The notes under the pieces were generated by a model that was not told the origin of the DNA, made no database searches, and worked only from the letters and a program-made list of their open reading frames with translations. Below are positions 32,856 through 42,372 of a stretch of DNA of 64,000 nucleotides, in pieces. The stretch lies in the NCBI GenBank assembly GCA_018061075.1, contig JAGOUW010000002.1, positions 38,944 through 102,943 on the forward strand, written 5' to 3'. A program made the position numbers and the translations under genes. Numbering within the stretch: the first letter of the stretch is position 1; every line of letters begins with the position of its first letter. Source of the DNA: Candidatus Levyibacteriota bacterium (lineage in GTDB: Bacteria; Patescibacteriota; Microgenomatia; Levybacterales; UBA12049).

Positions 32856-34370
32856 ATGTTTTGGGCTGATAAAGTTGCAAAAGAGATTATCGATTCAGGA
32901 AATTATAAACCTTACCGGGTGGACGATATGTTTACCCCGTCGGGGCATCCCCATGTGGGCTCTTTACGCGGACCTTTAGTTCATGATGTAGTTTATAAAG
33001 CCTTGAAAGGAAAAGGTGAATCCGTAAAATGGACTTATATTACAAATGATTTTGACCCGATTGATGGTCTTCCTGCGGAATTAGAAGAATCACATAGCAA
33101 ATACATGGGTTACCCTGTTAGATCAGCTCCATCACCAGAGCCTGGTTATGAAAATTTTGGAGATTATTTTGCTAAACAATATCAAGAAGTTCTAAGAGAT
33201 TTAGGTGTTGAATCAGAATTTTTATCTTCTTGGGACATGTATCACGAAGGGAAATTTAACGATGTAATAAAAACTGCATTAGATAATGCAGAAAAAATTC
33301 AAGATATTTACGAGAAAGTAAGTGGAAGCAAAAAACGAGAATCTGGATGGCTTCCTCTTCAGGTTATTTGCGAAAGCTGTGGAAAGCTAGGAACTACGAG
33401 AGTTACAAATTGGGATGGAGAAACTGTTGAATACACCTGTGAACCAGAAATGGTGAAATGGGCTAAGGGCTGTGGACATAAGGCTAGAATTAGTCCTTTT
33501 GATGGTAACGGAAAGCTTCCTTGGAAAGTTGATTGGCCCGCACACTGGAAAGTTTTAGGAGTAACGATTGAAGGCGCTGGAAAAGATCATTCATCTGCTG
33601 GTGGATCTAGAGATATCGCAAAAGTGCTTTGCCGCGAAGTTTTTAATATTCCAAATCCATATAATCTTCCATACGAATTTATGTTAATCGGGGGTAAAAA
33701 AATGTCATCATCAAAAGGGCTAGGTCTTAAAGCTCGTGATCTTGCAGATATGTTGCCTCTAGAGCTTGGCCGATTTTTATTCCTAAAAACAGAATATAAA
33801 AAACAAGTTGAATTTGATCCTATGGATAGTATCGCAATTCCAGTTTTATTTGATGAATATCAAAAGGCAGCGGATTTATATTTTAAAAAATCCAATGATG
33901 ATTTAGCTCGGGCATTTGAATATTCGCAGATTGGAGAACCTAAAAAACCACCCACTGTTCGATTCTTGGTTTTAACATCCTGGGTGCAAATGCCAAATAT
34001 GGAAGAAGAAATTGAAAAGCAGGGCTTAGGGGAATGGGCAAAGTATGCAAAAATTTGGATAGAAAAATTTGCTCCAGAAGAATATAAATTTACAGTTCAA
34101 AAAGAACTTCCAGAAAATATTGAATTAAGCCAAAAACAAAAAGAACTTTTGGGAAAAACTGCAGAGTTTGTATCCGAGATAAAAGATTCAACTGAACTTC
34201 AAACAAGAATTTATGATTTAAGTAAAAGTTTGGAATTAACTTCTGGTGAAGCGTTTGCTGCTTTTTACAATTCATTGCTAGGAAAAAATCATGGACCCAA
34301 ACTTGCTGCATTAATTCTTTCTCTTGACCCAATATTTGTTAAAAATAGATTTGAAGAGGCCTCGAAATGA
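32856..34370 (+). CDS. lysK: Lysyl-tRNA synthetase, class I
   Basis: 504 aa with PSGHPHVGSLRG (HIGH-type) and KMSSSKG (KMSKS) motifs and a Cys-rich insertion (CESCGK...CEPE...GCGH). The overall layout is that of class I LysRS, not class II LysS. Confidence 0.85.
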   Translation: MFWADKVAKEIIDSGNYKPYRVDDMFTPSGHPHVGSLRGPLVHDVVYKALKGKGESVKWTYITNDFDPIDGLPAELEESHSKYMGYPVRSAPSPEPGYENFGDYFAKQYQEVLRDLGVESEFLSSWDMYHEGKFNDVIKTALDNAEKIQDIYEKVSGSKKRESGWLPLQVICESCGKLGTTRVTNWDGETVEYTCEPEMVKWAKGCGHKARISPFDGNGKLPWKVDWPAHWKVLGVTIEGAGKDHSSAGGSRDIAKVLCREVFNIPNPYNLPYEFMLIGGKKMSSSKGLGLKARDLADMLPLELGRFLFLKTEYKKQVEFDPMDSIAIPVLFDEYQKAADLYFKKSNDDLARAFEYSQIGEPKKPPTVRFLVLTSWVQMPNMEEEIEKQGLGEWAKYAKIWIEKFAPEEYKFTVQKELPENIELSQKQKELLGKTAEFVSEIKDSTELQTRIYDLSKSLELTSGEAFAAFYNSLLGKNHGPKLAALILSLDPIFVKNRFEEASK

Positions 34371-34413
34371 TCCATTCGACTTTGCTCAGGATCATAGTGA
34401 GTGTGATCGAACT

Positions 34414-34959
34414 ATGAAAATCGTTTTCGCTACTGGAAATAAGGTAAAGGTTAAAGAAACTCAGGAAATTTTAAAATTTGATATTGAGATTTCACCAATC
34501 GAAATTGATGAGATTCAGGAGATTAATCTTGAAAAAGTTGCTATGCATAAATTGAATCAAGCATTTGAAATTGTTAAAAAACCTGTGATTATCGACGATG
34601 TTTCTTTTTCAGTAAATGCATGGAATGGATTTCCTGGGCCATTAATAAAATGGATTCTTCAAGCTGGAAATGGTCCTTCGCTGCTATTAAAAATGCTTGA
34701 GGGAGAAAAAAATAGAGAAGCAGTCGCAAGTCTTGCGATAGGATTTCATGATGGGAAAAAACCGCGATTATTTTTTGGTGAGGCAAAAGGAAAAATCGCT
34801 AAAGAAATAAGAGGAGATAATGGATTTGGCTGGGACAGGGTTTTTATTCCAGATGGATATGACAAGACCTATGCAGAAATGGACCCAAAGTTAAAAAATT
34901 CTATATCTCATCGTTCAATTGCATTAAATAAGCTTAGTGATTTTCTAAATCAAGCTTAA
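34414..34959 (+). CDS. rdgB: Non-canonical purine NTP pyrophosphatase (RdgB/HAM1)
   Basis: MKIVFATGNKVKVKE, FPGPLIKW, FGWDRVFIPDGYDKTYAEM and SHRS motifs. Start set at ATG 34414; the tracked ORF start at 34324 overlaps lysK. Confidence 0.88.
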   Translation: MKIVFATGNKVKVKETQEILKFDIEISPIEIDEIQEINLEKVAMHKLNQAFEIVKKPVIIDDVSFSVNAWNGFPGPLIKWILQAGNGPSLLLKMLEGEKNREAVASLAIGFHDGKKPRLFFGEAKGKIAKEIRGDNGFGWDRVFIPDGYDKTYAEMDPKLKNSISHRSIALNKLSDFLNQA

Positions 34960-34975
34960 GTAGTATAATACGCGT

Positions 34976-36232
34976 ATGATAGATATCAAATATTTAAGAG
35001 AAAATAGCGATGAGGTCGAGAAGGCAGCTTTAGCTAAAAAAGTTCAAGTTAGTGTTTCAAGTATTCTAGAAATTGATTCTAAGAAAAGAGAGCTTGATTC
35101 GGAAGTTCAAGTGCTTCGGGAAAAAAGAAATGCTCACTCGTCTACTATTAAGGGAAAGCCGACTCCTGAGCAAATTGAAACGGGTAAGAAAATTAAAGAA
35201 GAGCTTGAAGGAAAAGAAAGTGCTTTAAGTGCTCTAGACCAAGAGTTAAAAGAGCTTCTATTAAAAATTCCAAACCCATCAAAAGCGGATGTAAAAGTGG
35301 GAAAAAATGATACTGAAAATGATGTGGTTAAGAAAGTTGGGGAGCCAACAAAGTTTGATTTTGCCCCTAAAGATCATTTAGATATAGGAGAGGCGTTAGA
35401 TATTATCGATGTTCAAAGAGCTGCAAAAGTAAGCGGAGCAAGATTTGCGTATTTAAAAAATGAAGGAGCGCTTCTAGAATTCGCATTAGTTCAGTTTGCC
35501 ATGGAGACTTTAATGAAAGATGGTTTTAGGCCGATTGTTCCTCCAGTTTTAATTAAAACAGATGTAATGCGTGGGCTTGGATATATGGAAAATGGCGGAG
35601 ATGAGGATATGTTTCATCTCGAAAAGGACGGATTTACGTTGGTAGGAACTGCAGAGCATTCAATTGTTCCAATGCATTCAGATGAAGTTTTCTCAGAGAG
35701 TGATTTGCCTCGTCGTTATGTTGGTTTTTCTACAGCTTTTAGAAGAGAGGCTGGGAGTTATGGAAAAGATACAAAGGGAATTTTAAGAGTTCATCAGTTT
35801 GATAAAATCGAGATGGTTTCATATGTCAAAGAAGGGGAAGATGATAAAGAACAAGACCTACTTCTTTCAATTGAGGAAAAATTATTTCAAGCGTTAGAAA
35901 TTCCATACCAAGTTATAAAAATGTGTACAGGAGATTTGGGTTTTCCAGCAGCGAGAAAATTTGACATAGAAGCATGGATGCCTGGACAGGATAAATATAG
36001 AGAGGTAACGAGCGTATCAACAATTACGGATTTCCAATCAAGAAGATTAAATATAAAGTATCAAGAAAATGGTGAAAAGAAATTTGCTTATATTCTAAAT
36101 GGAACAGCGTTTGCGGTAGGACGAACTTTAATTGCAATATTAGAGAATCATCAACAAGCGGATGGATCAGTTTTAATTCCACAAGTTTTACAGAAATATA
36201 TGGGTGGAATTACTAAAATTGAGAAGAAATAA
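34976..36232 (+). CDS. serS: Seryl-tRNA synthetase
   Basis: N-terminal coiled-coil arm, class II motif 2 FRREAGSYGKDTKGILRVHQFDKIE, and motif 3 NGTAFAVGRTLIAILEN. Confidence 0.95.
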   Translation: MIDIKYLRENSDEVEKAALAKKVQVSVSSILEIDSKKRELDSEVQVLREKRNAHSSTIKGKPTPEQIETGKKIKEELEGKESALSALDQELKELLLKIPNPSKADVKVGKNDTENDVVKKVGEPTKFDFAPKDHLDIGEALDIIDVQRAAKVSGARFAYLKNEGALLEFALVQFAMETLMKDGFRPIVPPVLIKTDVMRGLGYMENGGDEDMFHLEKDGFTLVGTAEHSIVPMHSDEVFSESDLPRRYVGFSTAFRREAGSYGKDTKGILRVHQFDKIEMVSYVKEGEDDKEQDLLLSIEEKLFQALEIPYQVIKMCTGDLGFPAARKFDIEAWMPGQDKYREVTSVSTITDFQSRRLNIKYQENGEKKFAYILNGTAFAVGRTLIAILENHQQADGSVLIPQVLQKYMGGITKIEKK

Positions 36233-36270
36233 ACTAGCAATTTAGCCTCGCCCCTGCTATAATTAAACCC

Positions 36271-39051
36271 ATGCTAGGAGCCCTCGGAAAAATATTTGAT
36301 TCCAACGAAAAGGAGATAAAGAAACTCCAGCCTCTTATTTCTGAAATTAATTCTCTAGACGAGAAAATGAAAAAGCTTAAGATTTCAGACTTCCCAAAGA
36401 AAACAAAAGAACTAAAAGATCGAGTCGCAAAAGGTGAGTCTGTAGAAGCAGTTTTACCAGAGGCGTTTGCATTGGTTAGAGAAGCAGCGCGCAGATCAAT
36501 AGGACAGCGCCACTATGATGTTCAACTTATGGCAGCAGCAGCTCTTTCAATGGGAAAAATTTCAGAGCAAAAAACAGGAGAAGGAAAAACTCTTTCTGCT
36601 GTGCCGGCGTTATATGTACATGCTCTAACTGGAAAAAGCGTTCATTTAGTTACAGTTAATGATTATCTTGCGCGAAGGGACGCTGGTTGGATGGGGCCTG
36701 TTTTTAAACTTTTAGGAATGACTGTTTCTTCAATTATTTCAGAGCAATCATATATTTATGATCATGAATATAAAAATCAGGATGCTCGTGATTTTAGACT
36801 TATTCATCTTAAGCCAACAAGTCGTAAGGAAGCATACAAAGCGGATGTTGTTTATGGAATAAATTCAGAATTTGGATTTGATTATCTTAGAGATAATATG
36901 GTGCAAAGTATTGAGAGCGTAACGCAAAGGGGATATTACTTTGCGGTCGTTGACGAAGTTGATTCAGTTCTTATTGATGAAGCAAGAACTCCACATATTA
37001 TTTCAGCCCCTGATGAAACTCCCACCACTAAATATTATGAGTTTGCGAAGTTGGTTGACAAGCTAAGTGCGGATACAGATTATAAAATTGATGAAAAATT
37101 GCATACAGCTCACCTAACAGATCATGGGCTTAACAAGATAGAGAAGCTTTTTGGAATACAAAATATATACGAAAAAGATTTTGATACGGTTTATCACATA
37201 GAGGCCGCATTAAAAGCCAGAACGTTATTCAAAAAAGAGAAAGATTATATCGTTAAAGACGGAGAAGTAATTTTGGTTGATGAGTTTACGGGACGCCTTA
37301 TGGTTGGTCGCCGTCTTTCAGAAGGACTTCATCAAGCTATAGAAGCGAAAGAAGAAGTAGCAATTCAAAGAGAGTCAAAAACACTAGCAACTGTTTCACT
37401 TCAGAATTATTTCAGAATGTACGAAAGGCTTGCTGGAATGACAGGAACTGCCGTAACAGAAGCACAGGAGTTTCATAAAATTTATGGACTTGATGTACTA
37501 GTAATTCCTACAAATAAAACTACCCAAAGAAAAGATTTTTCAGATGCAATTTATAAAACAACCAGAGCAAAATTCAGCGCAGTAGTGCGAGAAATAGAAG
37601 AAGTTCATAAGACTGGCCAACCCGTTTTAGTTGGAACAACTTCTATTGATAAAAACGAAATTTTATCTGAGCTTTTAAGAAGAAAAAAAATTAAGCATGA
37701 GCTTCTTAATGCGAAGAATCACGAAAGAGAAGCTGAGATTATTTCAAAGGCTGGAGAAAAAGGAGCTGTAACTGTAGCGACCAACATGGCGGGACGCGGA
37801 GTCGATATTATTCTTGGAGGAGAGGCACCAGTTGCTGAAGATGGAAAAGACTTAAGGGGAACTCCGGAATGGGAGAAGTGGCAGAAAGCTCACGATGAGG
37901 TCCTGTCGCTTGGAGGTCTTTATGTAATAGGAACTGAGAGACATGAGTCTAGAAGAATTGATAATCAACTAAGGGGAAGATCTGGACGTCAGGGAGATCC
38001 TGGAAAATCCAGATTCTATGTAGCGCTTGATGATGACATTATGCGCATCTTCGGAGGGGATAGTATTGCAGGAATCATGACAAGATTTAATATGCCTGAA
38101 GATGTCCCTCTTGAACACCCAATCGTAAGCCGCGCTATTGAACAAGCTCAGGTAAAAGTAGAAGGATTTAATTTTGATAACAGAAAGCAGCTTGTGGAGT
38201 ATGACGACGTTCTTAACAAGCAAAGACAAATTATTTACGACAGGCGTCGTGAGGTTTTAGAAAATGCAGGAGATCCATCTAAGAGCTCTAAAGATGTCGT
38301 TCTTGATAATTTACGAGGAAGCATATCTCAGATTGTCTCTTCAGGTGAGCTTGTAGTAGTAGGCGGAAGTGCTTCAAAGAAAATTATTGAAGATTTTTCT
38401 ACAATTATTCCTTTCGATGAAGCATCAAGAAGCGAACTTGAAAAACAACTGGATGATAAACCGGAAATTAGTAAAAGAGAAGAATTTTTAATCGAGATAG
38501 CAGAAAAAATGTATGTGAGTCGGGAAAAACAGGTGGGAGAAAAAACAATGCGCCAGGTAGAGAATTTCGTAATACTTTCAGTAATCGATAATTTATGGAT
38601 GGATCATTTGGACGTAGTTAATAATTTGCGTGAAGGAATAAGATTAAGAGCTTATGGACAAAAAGATCCTCTAGTCGAATATAAAAATGAAGCATTTAAA
38701 ATGTTTGAGACTTTAATGAATGGGATTGATGACGAGATTTCTCATAGAATTTTTAAAGTTCATGTCGCGACTCCAGATCATCCTCATACGCACATTCATG
38801 AGTCTCCAGCCGGTGGAGAATTAGGAGTAGATGAAGTTTCAGAAAATAAAAGTTCTAAGAAAAAGGAAAAACTTTCAAATAAGAAGTCACCGGTTTTACC
38901 AAGTACAGGTTTGGTAACTCCAAGTTTGATCGGGAATAGTTTGCCCCAAACTAGCTCCGCTTCTACTGTAGACAAGAAAAAAATTGGAAGAAATGATCCT
39001 TGTTGGTGCGGAAGTGGAAAAAAATACAAAAAATGCCACTATCCTAATTAG
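36271..39051 (+). CDS. secA: Preprotein translocase ATPase SecA
   Basis: 926 aa with MGKISEQKTGEGKTL (Walker A), VDEVDSVLIDEARTP (DEAD-like), TNMAGRGVDI, and the C-terminal zinc motif CWCGSGKKYKKCH. Confidence 0.96.
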   Translation: MLGALGKIFDSNEKEIKKLQPLISEINSLDEKMKKLKISDFPKKTKELKDRVAKGESVEAVLPEAFALVREAARRSIGQRHYDVQLMAAAALSMGKISEQKTGEGKTLSAVPALYVHALTGKSVHLVTVNDYLARRDAGWMGPVFKLLGMTVSSIISEQSYIYDHEYKNQDARDFRLIHLKPTSRKEAYKADVVYGINSEFGFDYLRDNMVQSIESVTQRGYYFAVVDEVDSVLIDEARTPHIISAPDETPTTKYYEFAKLVDKLSADTDYKIDEKLHTAHLTDHGLNKIEKLFGIQNIYEKDFDTVYHIEAALKARTLFKKEKDYIVKDGEVILVDEFTGRLMVGRRLSEGLHQAIEAKEEVAIQRESKTLATVSLQNYFRMYERLAGMTGTAVTEAQEFHKIYGLDVLVIPTNKTTQRKDFSDAIYKTTRAKFSAVVREIEEVHKTGQPVLVGTTSIDKNEILSELLRRKKIKHELLNAKNHEREAEIISKAGEKGAVTVATNMAGRGVDIILGGEAPVAEDGKDLRGTPEWEKWQKAHDEVLSLGGLYVIGTERHESRRIDNQLRGRSGRQGDPGKSRFYVALDDDIMRIFGGDSIAGIMTRFNMPEDVPLEHPIVSRAIEQAQVKVEGFNFDNRKQLVEYDDVLNKQRQIIYDRRREVLENAGDPSKSSKDVVLDNLRGSISQIVSSGELVVVGGSASKKIIEDFSTIIPFDEASRSELEKQLDDKPEISKREEFLIEIAEKMYVSREKQVGEKTMRQVENFVILSVIDNLWMDHLDVVNNLREGIRLRAYGQKDPLVEYKNEAFKMFETLMNGIDDEISHRIFKVHVATPDHPHTHIHESPAGGELGVDEVSENKSSKKKEKLSNKKSPVLPSTGLVTPSLIGNSLPQTSSASTVDKKKIGRNDPCWCGSGKKYKKCHYPN

Positions 39052-39119
39052 TTTTTCTCTTCAACTTTATCCTTTTCTGTGTTACGATCTATTTAGCGCC
39101 TTTATTGGTGTTATAACCT

Positions 39120-40802
39120 ATGTTACTGCCCGATATAGAGATCCAGCAGCTAATGCTCCAATCAGGTTTGGTGGATACCAAAACCATGAGAGATGTATTG
39201 GTGTTTGCTGCCAATGCTAGAGTTCCTCTTCAGCAGGCCCTCATGGAAAAGGATGTAATTCCTGATGATAAATTAGGTGAGTTAATTGCAGCTCACATTA
39301 AGTATCCTTTCGTAGATCTTGAAAATATTACAATTCCAGAAGGAGTTTATCGAATAATCCCTGAAAGACTAGCTAGAAAACATAAGGCAATAGTTTTCGG
39401 AAAAGATGGAGAGGGTGTAAAGCTGGCTGCAGCTGACCCGGTAAATACGAAACTTGCAGAAATAGTTCAGAAAAAAACAGGACAGAAAGTTACAGTTTAC
39501 ATGGCGACTGAAAAAGATATTGATAATGTCCTTCAGCTTTATAGAAAAGATCTTCAGCAGACTTTTGACCAAATGCTTCAAGCAGAAATCACTAGAACAG
39601 CAACTAGTATGGATGACGCTCCGATTGCGAAGATTGTTGATCTTTTAATTACATACGCTTATCGCGATAAAGCTTCAGATGTTCATATAGAGCCAGAAGA
39701 GAAAAATTCTTTAGTTAGGTTTAGAATCGATGGAATTTTACATGATGTTTTATATGTAGACAAAAAACTTCATGACAGAATTACGACTAGAATAAAAGTT
39801 TTGTCCCGTCTTCGAACTGATGAGCATTTAAGTGCTCAGGATGGAAAAATGAGAATAGAAGTGGACGAGGAGAATCTGGATATTCGTGTTTCTATGATTC
39901 CAGTTACAGAAGGAGAAAAAGTAGTTATGAGACTTTTATCATCTAAGTTTAGACAATTTTCTCTTCAGGATTTGGGAATGAATGAAAAGGATCTTATAAA
40001 AGTAACTAACGCTATTAATAAATCTTACGGAATGATTCTCTCGACCGGGCCTACCGGATCTGGAAAAACTACATCAGTCTATGCAATCCTAAAAATTGTT
40101 AATACCAGGGAAAAAAATATTACTACCATTGAAGAACCAGTTGAATACAGAATTAAAGGGGTTAATCAAATTCAGGTAAATCCTAAAACTAATTTAACTT
40201 TCGCAAACGGGCTACGTTCTATTCTTAGACAGGATCCTAATGTTATTTTCGTGGGAGAAATTAGAGATTCAGAGACTGCTGGAATTGCTGTCAACGCCGC
40301 GCTTACCGGGCATTTGGTTTTATCAACTGTTCACACAAATGATGCTGCCACAACTCTCCCCAGACTTATTGATATGAAAATTGAGCCATTCCTGGTTGCC
40401 TCTACCGTAAACGTAATTATCGCGCAGAGACTAGTTAGAAAGATTTGCGATTCATGTAAATCTCCGGTTGTTTTAAGTCGAAAAGATGCTCTTAAGGACA
40501 TTCCCGATAATGTAATTTCCAAACACTTTGGTCCGCAGGATCAAATAAAAGTTTATGAAGGTAAAGGATGTAGGATTTGTCATGCCACAGGTTACACTGG
40601 AAGAATTGGAATTTTTGAAGTAATAGATATGTCAGAAAAAATTAGAGAATTAATAACTCAGAAAAGTGATTCAGACGAAATTGCAAAACAGGCAGTCGAG
40701 GAAGGAATGACGACAATGCTTGATGATGGAATGCAAAAAGTGGGTAAAGGAATGACGACAATTAAAGAAGTTCTAAGAGTTACAAAAGTAGAGTCAGGAT
40801 AA
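39120..40802 (+). CDS. pilB: Type IV pilus / type II secretion assembly ATPase (PilB/GspE family)
   Basis: N-terminal T2SSE_N-like domain, Walker A GPTGSGKTT, ILRQDPNVIFVGEIRD (Walker B/Asp box), His box GHLVLSTVHTN, and tetracysteine CDSC...CRIC. Confidence 0.92.
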   Translation: MLLPDIEIQQLMLQSGLVDTKTMRDVLVFAANARVPLQQALMEKDVIPDDKLGELIAAHIKYPFVDLENITIPEGVYRIIPERLARKHKAIVFGKDGEGVKLAAADPVNTKLAEIVQKKTGQKVTVYMATEKDIDNVLQLYRKDLQQTFDQMLQAEITRTATSMDDAPIAKIVDLLITYAYRDKASDVHIEPEEKNSLVRFRIDGILHDVLYVDKKLHDRITTRIKVLSRLRTDEHLSAQDGKMRIEVDEENLDIRVSMIPVTEGEKVVMRLLSSKFRQFSLQDLGMNEKDLIKVTNAINKSYGMILSTGPTGSGKTTSVYAILKIVNTREKNITTIEEPVEYRIKGVNQIQVNPKTNLTFANGLRSILRQDPNVIFVGEIRDSETAGIAVNAALTGHLVLSTVHTNDAATTLPRLIDMKIEPFLVASTVNVIIAQRLVRKICDSCKSPVVLSRKDALKDIPDNVISKHFGPQDQIKVYEGKGCRICHATGYTGRIGIFEVIDMSEKIRELITQKSDSDEIAKQAVEEGMTTMLDDGMQKVGKGMTTIKEVLRVTKVESG

Positions 40803-40804
40803 AT

Positions 40805-41860
40805 ATGACAAAAAATGAAAAGTTAAGAATAAAAAATAATGATAAATTAGGGCTTCTTGGAAATTTGTCCACGATGATAACTGCTGGAATTCCAATTCTT
40901 GAGACTGTGGATTCGCTTCTTGAGGATTCAAAAGGGAATACTAAGAGAATTCTTGCTGTTATGAGAGAAGATATGGTACAAGGACAACACATTTATTCAT
41001 CTTTCTCAAAATTTCCAGAAGTTTTCGATAAAGTAACAGTTAATGTTTTAAAAGCATCCGAGGAAGCCGGAACTCTTGATGCGGCTCTTAAGGATTTAAA
41101 AACTCAAATACAAAAGGAAATGGAGTTTAACGATAAGATCAAGGGAGCACTGGCTTATCCTGTTATTATTCTAATTGTATTCATGGGAGTATTACTTCTC
41201 ATACTCGTTGTTGTTATTCCTAAGATTTCGACGATATTTATTAGCTTGAAAGTTCCCTTACCATTGCCAACTAAGGTTTTGATATTTGCATCTAACGCTT
41301 TGATGAATCATACGATTATAGTTGCAATTGGAACTATTATCTTAGTTGGCATGGTGATATTTTTATTCAAAACTCAAAGAAGAATAATAATGTCGGTTAT
41401 TTATAAGTTTCCCGTAATTTCAACCTTGGTTAAAGAAATTGATTTGGCGCGTTTTTCAAGGAGTATGTATCTGTTGTTAACTTCAGGTATAACAATAACT
41501 AATGCTTTAGAGCTGTCAGAAGAGGTAGTAGCTCGAAGGGATATCGCTTCAGCAATAAAATATGCCAGGGAAATGGTGCTTGGTGGTAAAAATTTATCTC
41601 AAGGATTTAAGGATCAAAGAAAAGTTTTTTCGTCAATTATTATTAAAATAATAGAAGCAGGTGAAAAAACAGGAACATTAGACAAATCCATGCAGGATAT
41701 TTCGATACAACAGGATTACCGTGTTGACAATAGCCTAAAGACAGTCACTACTCTAATTGAGCCTGTTATGTTAGTTTTTGTGGGATTACTTGTTGGTGGA
41801 GTTATGCTTTCAATTATAGCCCCAATGTATGGACTAATCGGACAGGTGGGAGGAATGTAA
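40805..41860 (+). CDS. pilC: Type IV pilus platform protein (PilC/GspF family)
   Basis: 351 aa with two T2SSF-type repeats and three hydrophobic segments. It ends EPVMLVFVGLLVGGVMLSIIAPMY, typical of PilC. Confidence 0.9.
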   Translation: MTKNEKLRIKNNDKLGLLGNLSTMITAGIPILETVDSLLEDSKGNTKRILAVMREDMVQGQHIYSSFSKFPEVFDKVTVNVLKASEEAGTLDAALKDLKTQIQKEMEFNDKIKGALAYPVIILIVFMGVLLLILVVVIPKISTIFISLKVPLPLPTKVLIFASNALMNHTIIVAIGTIILVGMVIFLFKTQRRIIMSVIYKFPVISTLVKEIDLARFSRSMYLLLTSGITITNALELSEEVVARRDIASAIKYAREMVLGGKNLSQGFKDQRKVFSSIIIKIIEAGEKTGTLDKSMQDISIQQDYRVDNSLKTVTTLIEPVMLVFVGLLVGGVMLSIIAPMYGLIGQVGGM

Positions 41861-41861
41861 T

Positions 41862-42371
41862 GTGCTCAAATTTTTAAAAAGCGGAAATTTAAAATCACAA
41901 AAAGGATACAGTTTTTTAGAGGTAATGATTACTACTTCTATAATGGCTATTTTATTTAGTATTATCACTTTTAATTTACTTCGTGCGCAAGGATCTAGCT
42001 CTGAACAATCTAATTTAGATAATTTAGTTTCTGATGTAAGAGCGCAGCAGACAAAAGCAATGACAGGTTCAACTGAGGGTAGGGCTTCTTCGAGTAATTA
42101 CGGAGTGTATTTTTTATCAGATAGATATATCTTATTTAATGGAGATTCCTATAGTGAGGTAGAACAAACTAATTTTCCGATTGAACTTCCTGATGATGTA
42201 GAGATTGTTAGTACGACTCTTCCAAGCAATACACTTCTTTTTTCTGTTTTAAGCGGGGAAATAGTAGGTTACACAGATACCTCTAACAGTATTATTTTTA
42301 GATCGATTTCAACTAATGAACAAACAGTCATTACTCTAAATAGATATGGAGTAATAACGGGAATGAATTAA
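41862..42371 (+). CDS. Pseudopilin with prepilin-type N-terminal cleavage/methylation motif
   Basis: GTG start. KSQKG/YSFLEVMITTSIMAILFSII matches G|xxxxE followed by a hydrophobic helix (Glu at +5). Confidence 0.8.
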   Translation: MLKFLKSGNLKSQKGYSFLEVMITTSIMAILFSIITFNLLRAQGSSSEQSNLDNLVSDVRAQQTKAMTGSTEGRASSSNYGVYFLSDRYILFNGDSYSEVEQTNFPIELPDDVEIVSTTLPSNTLLFSVLSGEIVGYTDTSNSIIFRSISTNEQTVITLNRYGVITGMN

Positions 42372-42372
42372 T

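Noticed and set aside
34371-34413. The peptide string DPFDFAQDHSECDR and the short inverted repeats (TGATCC...GGATCA, GATCA...TGATC) between lysK and rdgB. I considered a repeat element or small gene.
   Set aside because: The stretch is only 43 nt and has no second copy in the window. The peptide arises only from the spurious 5' extension of the rdgB ORF. The stems are 5-6 bp and not followed by a T-run.
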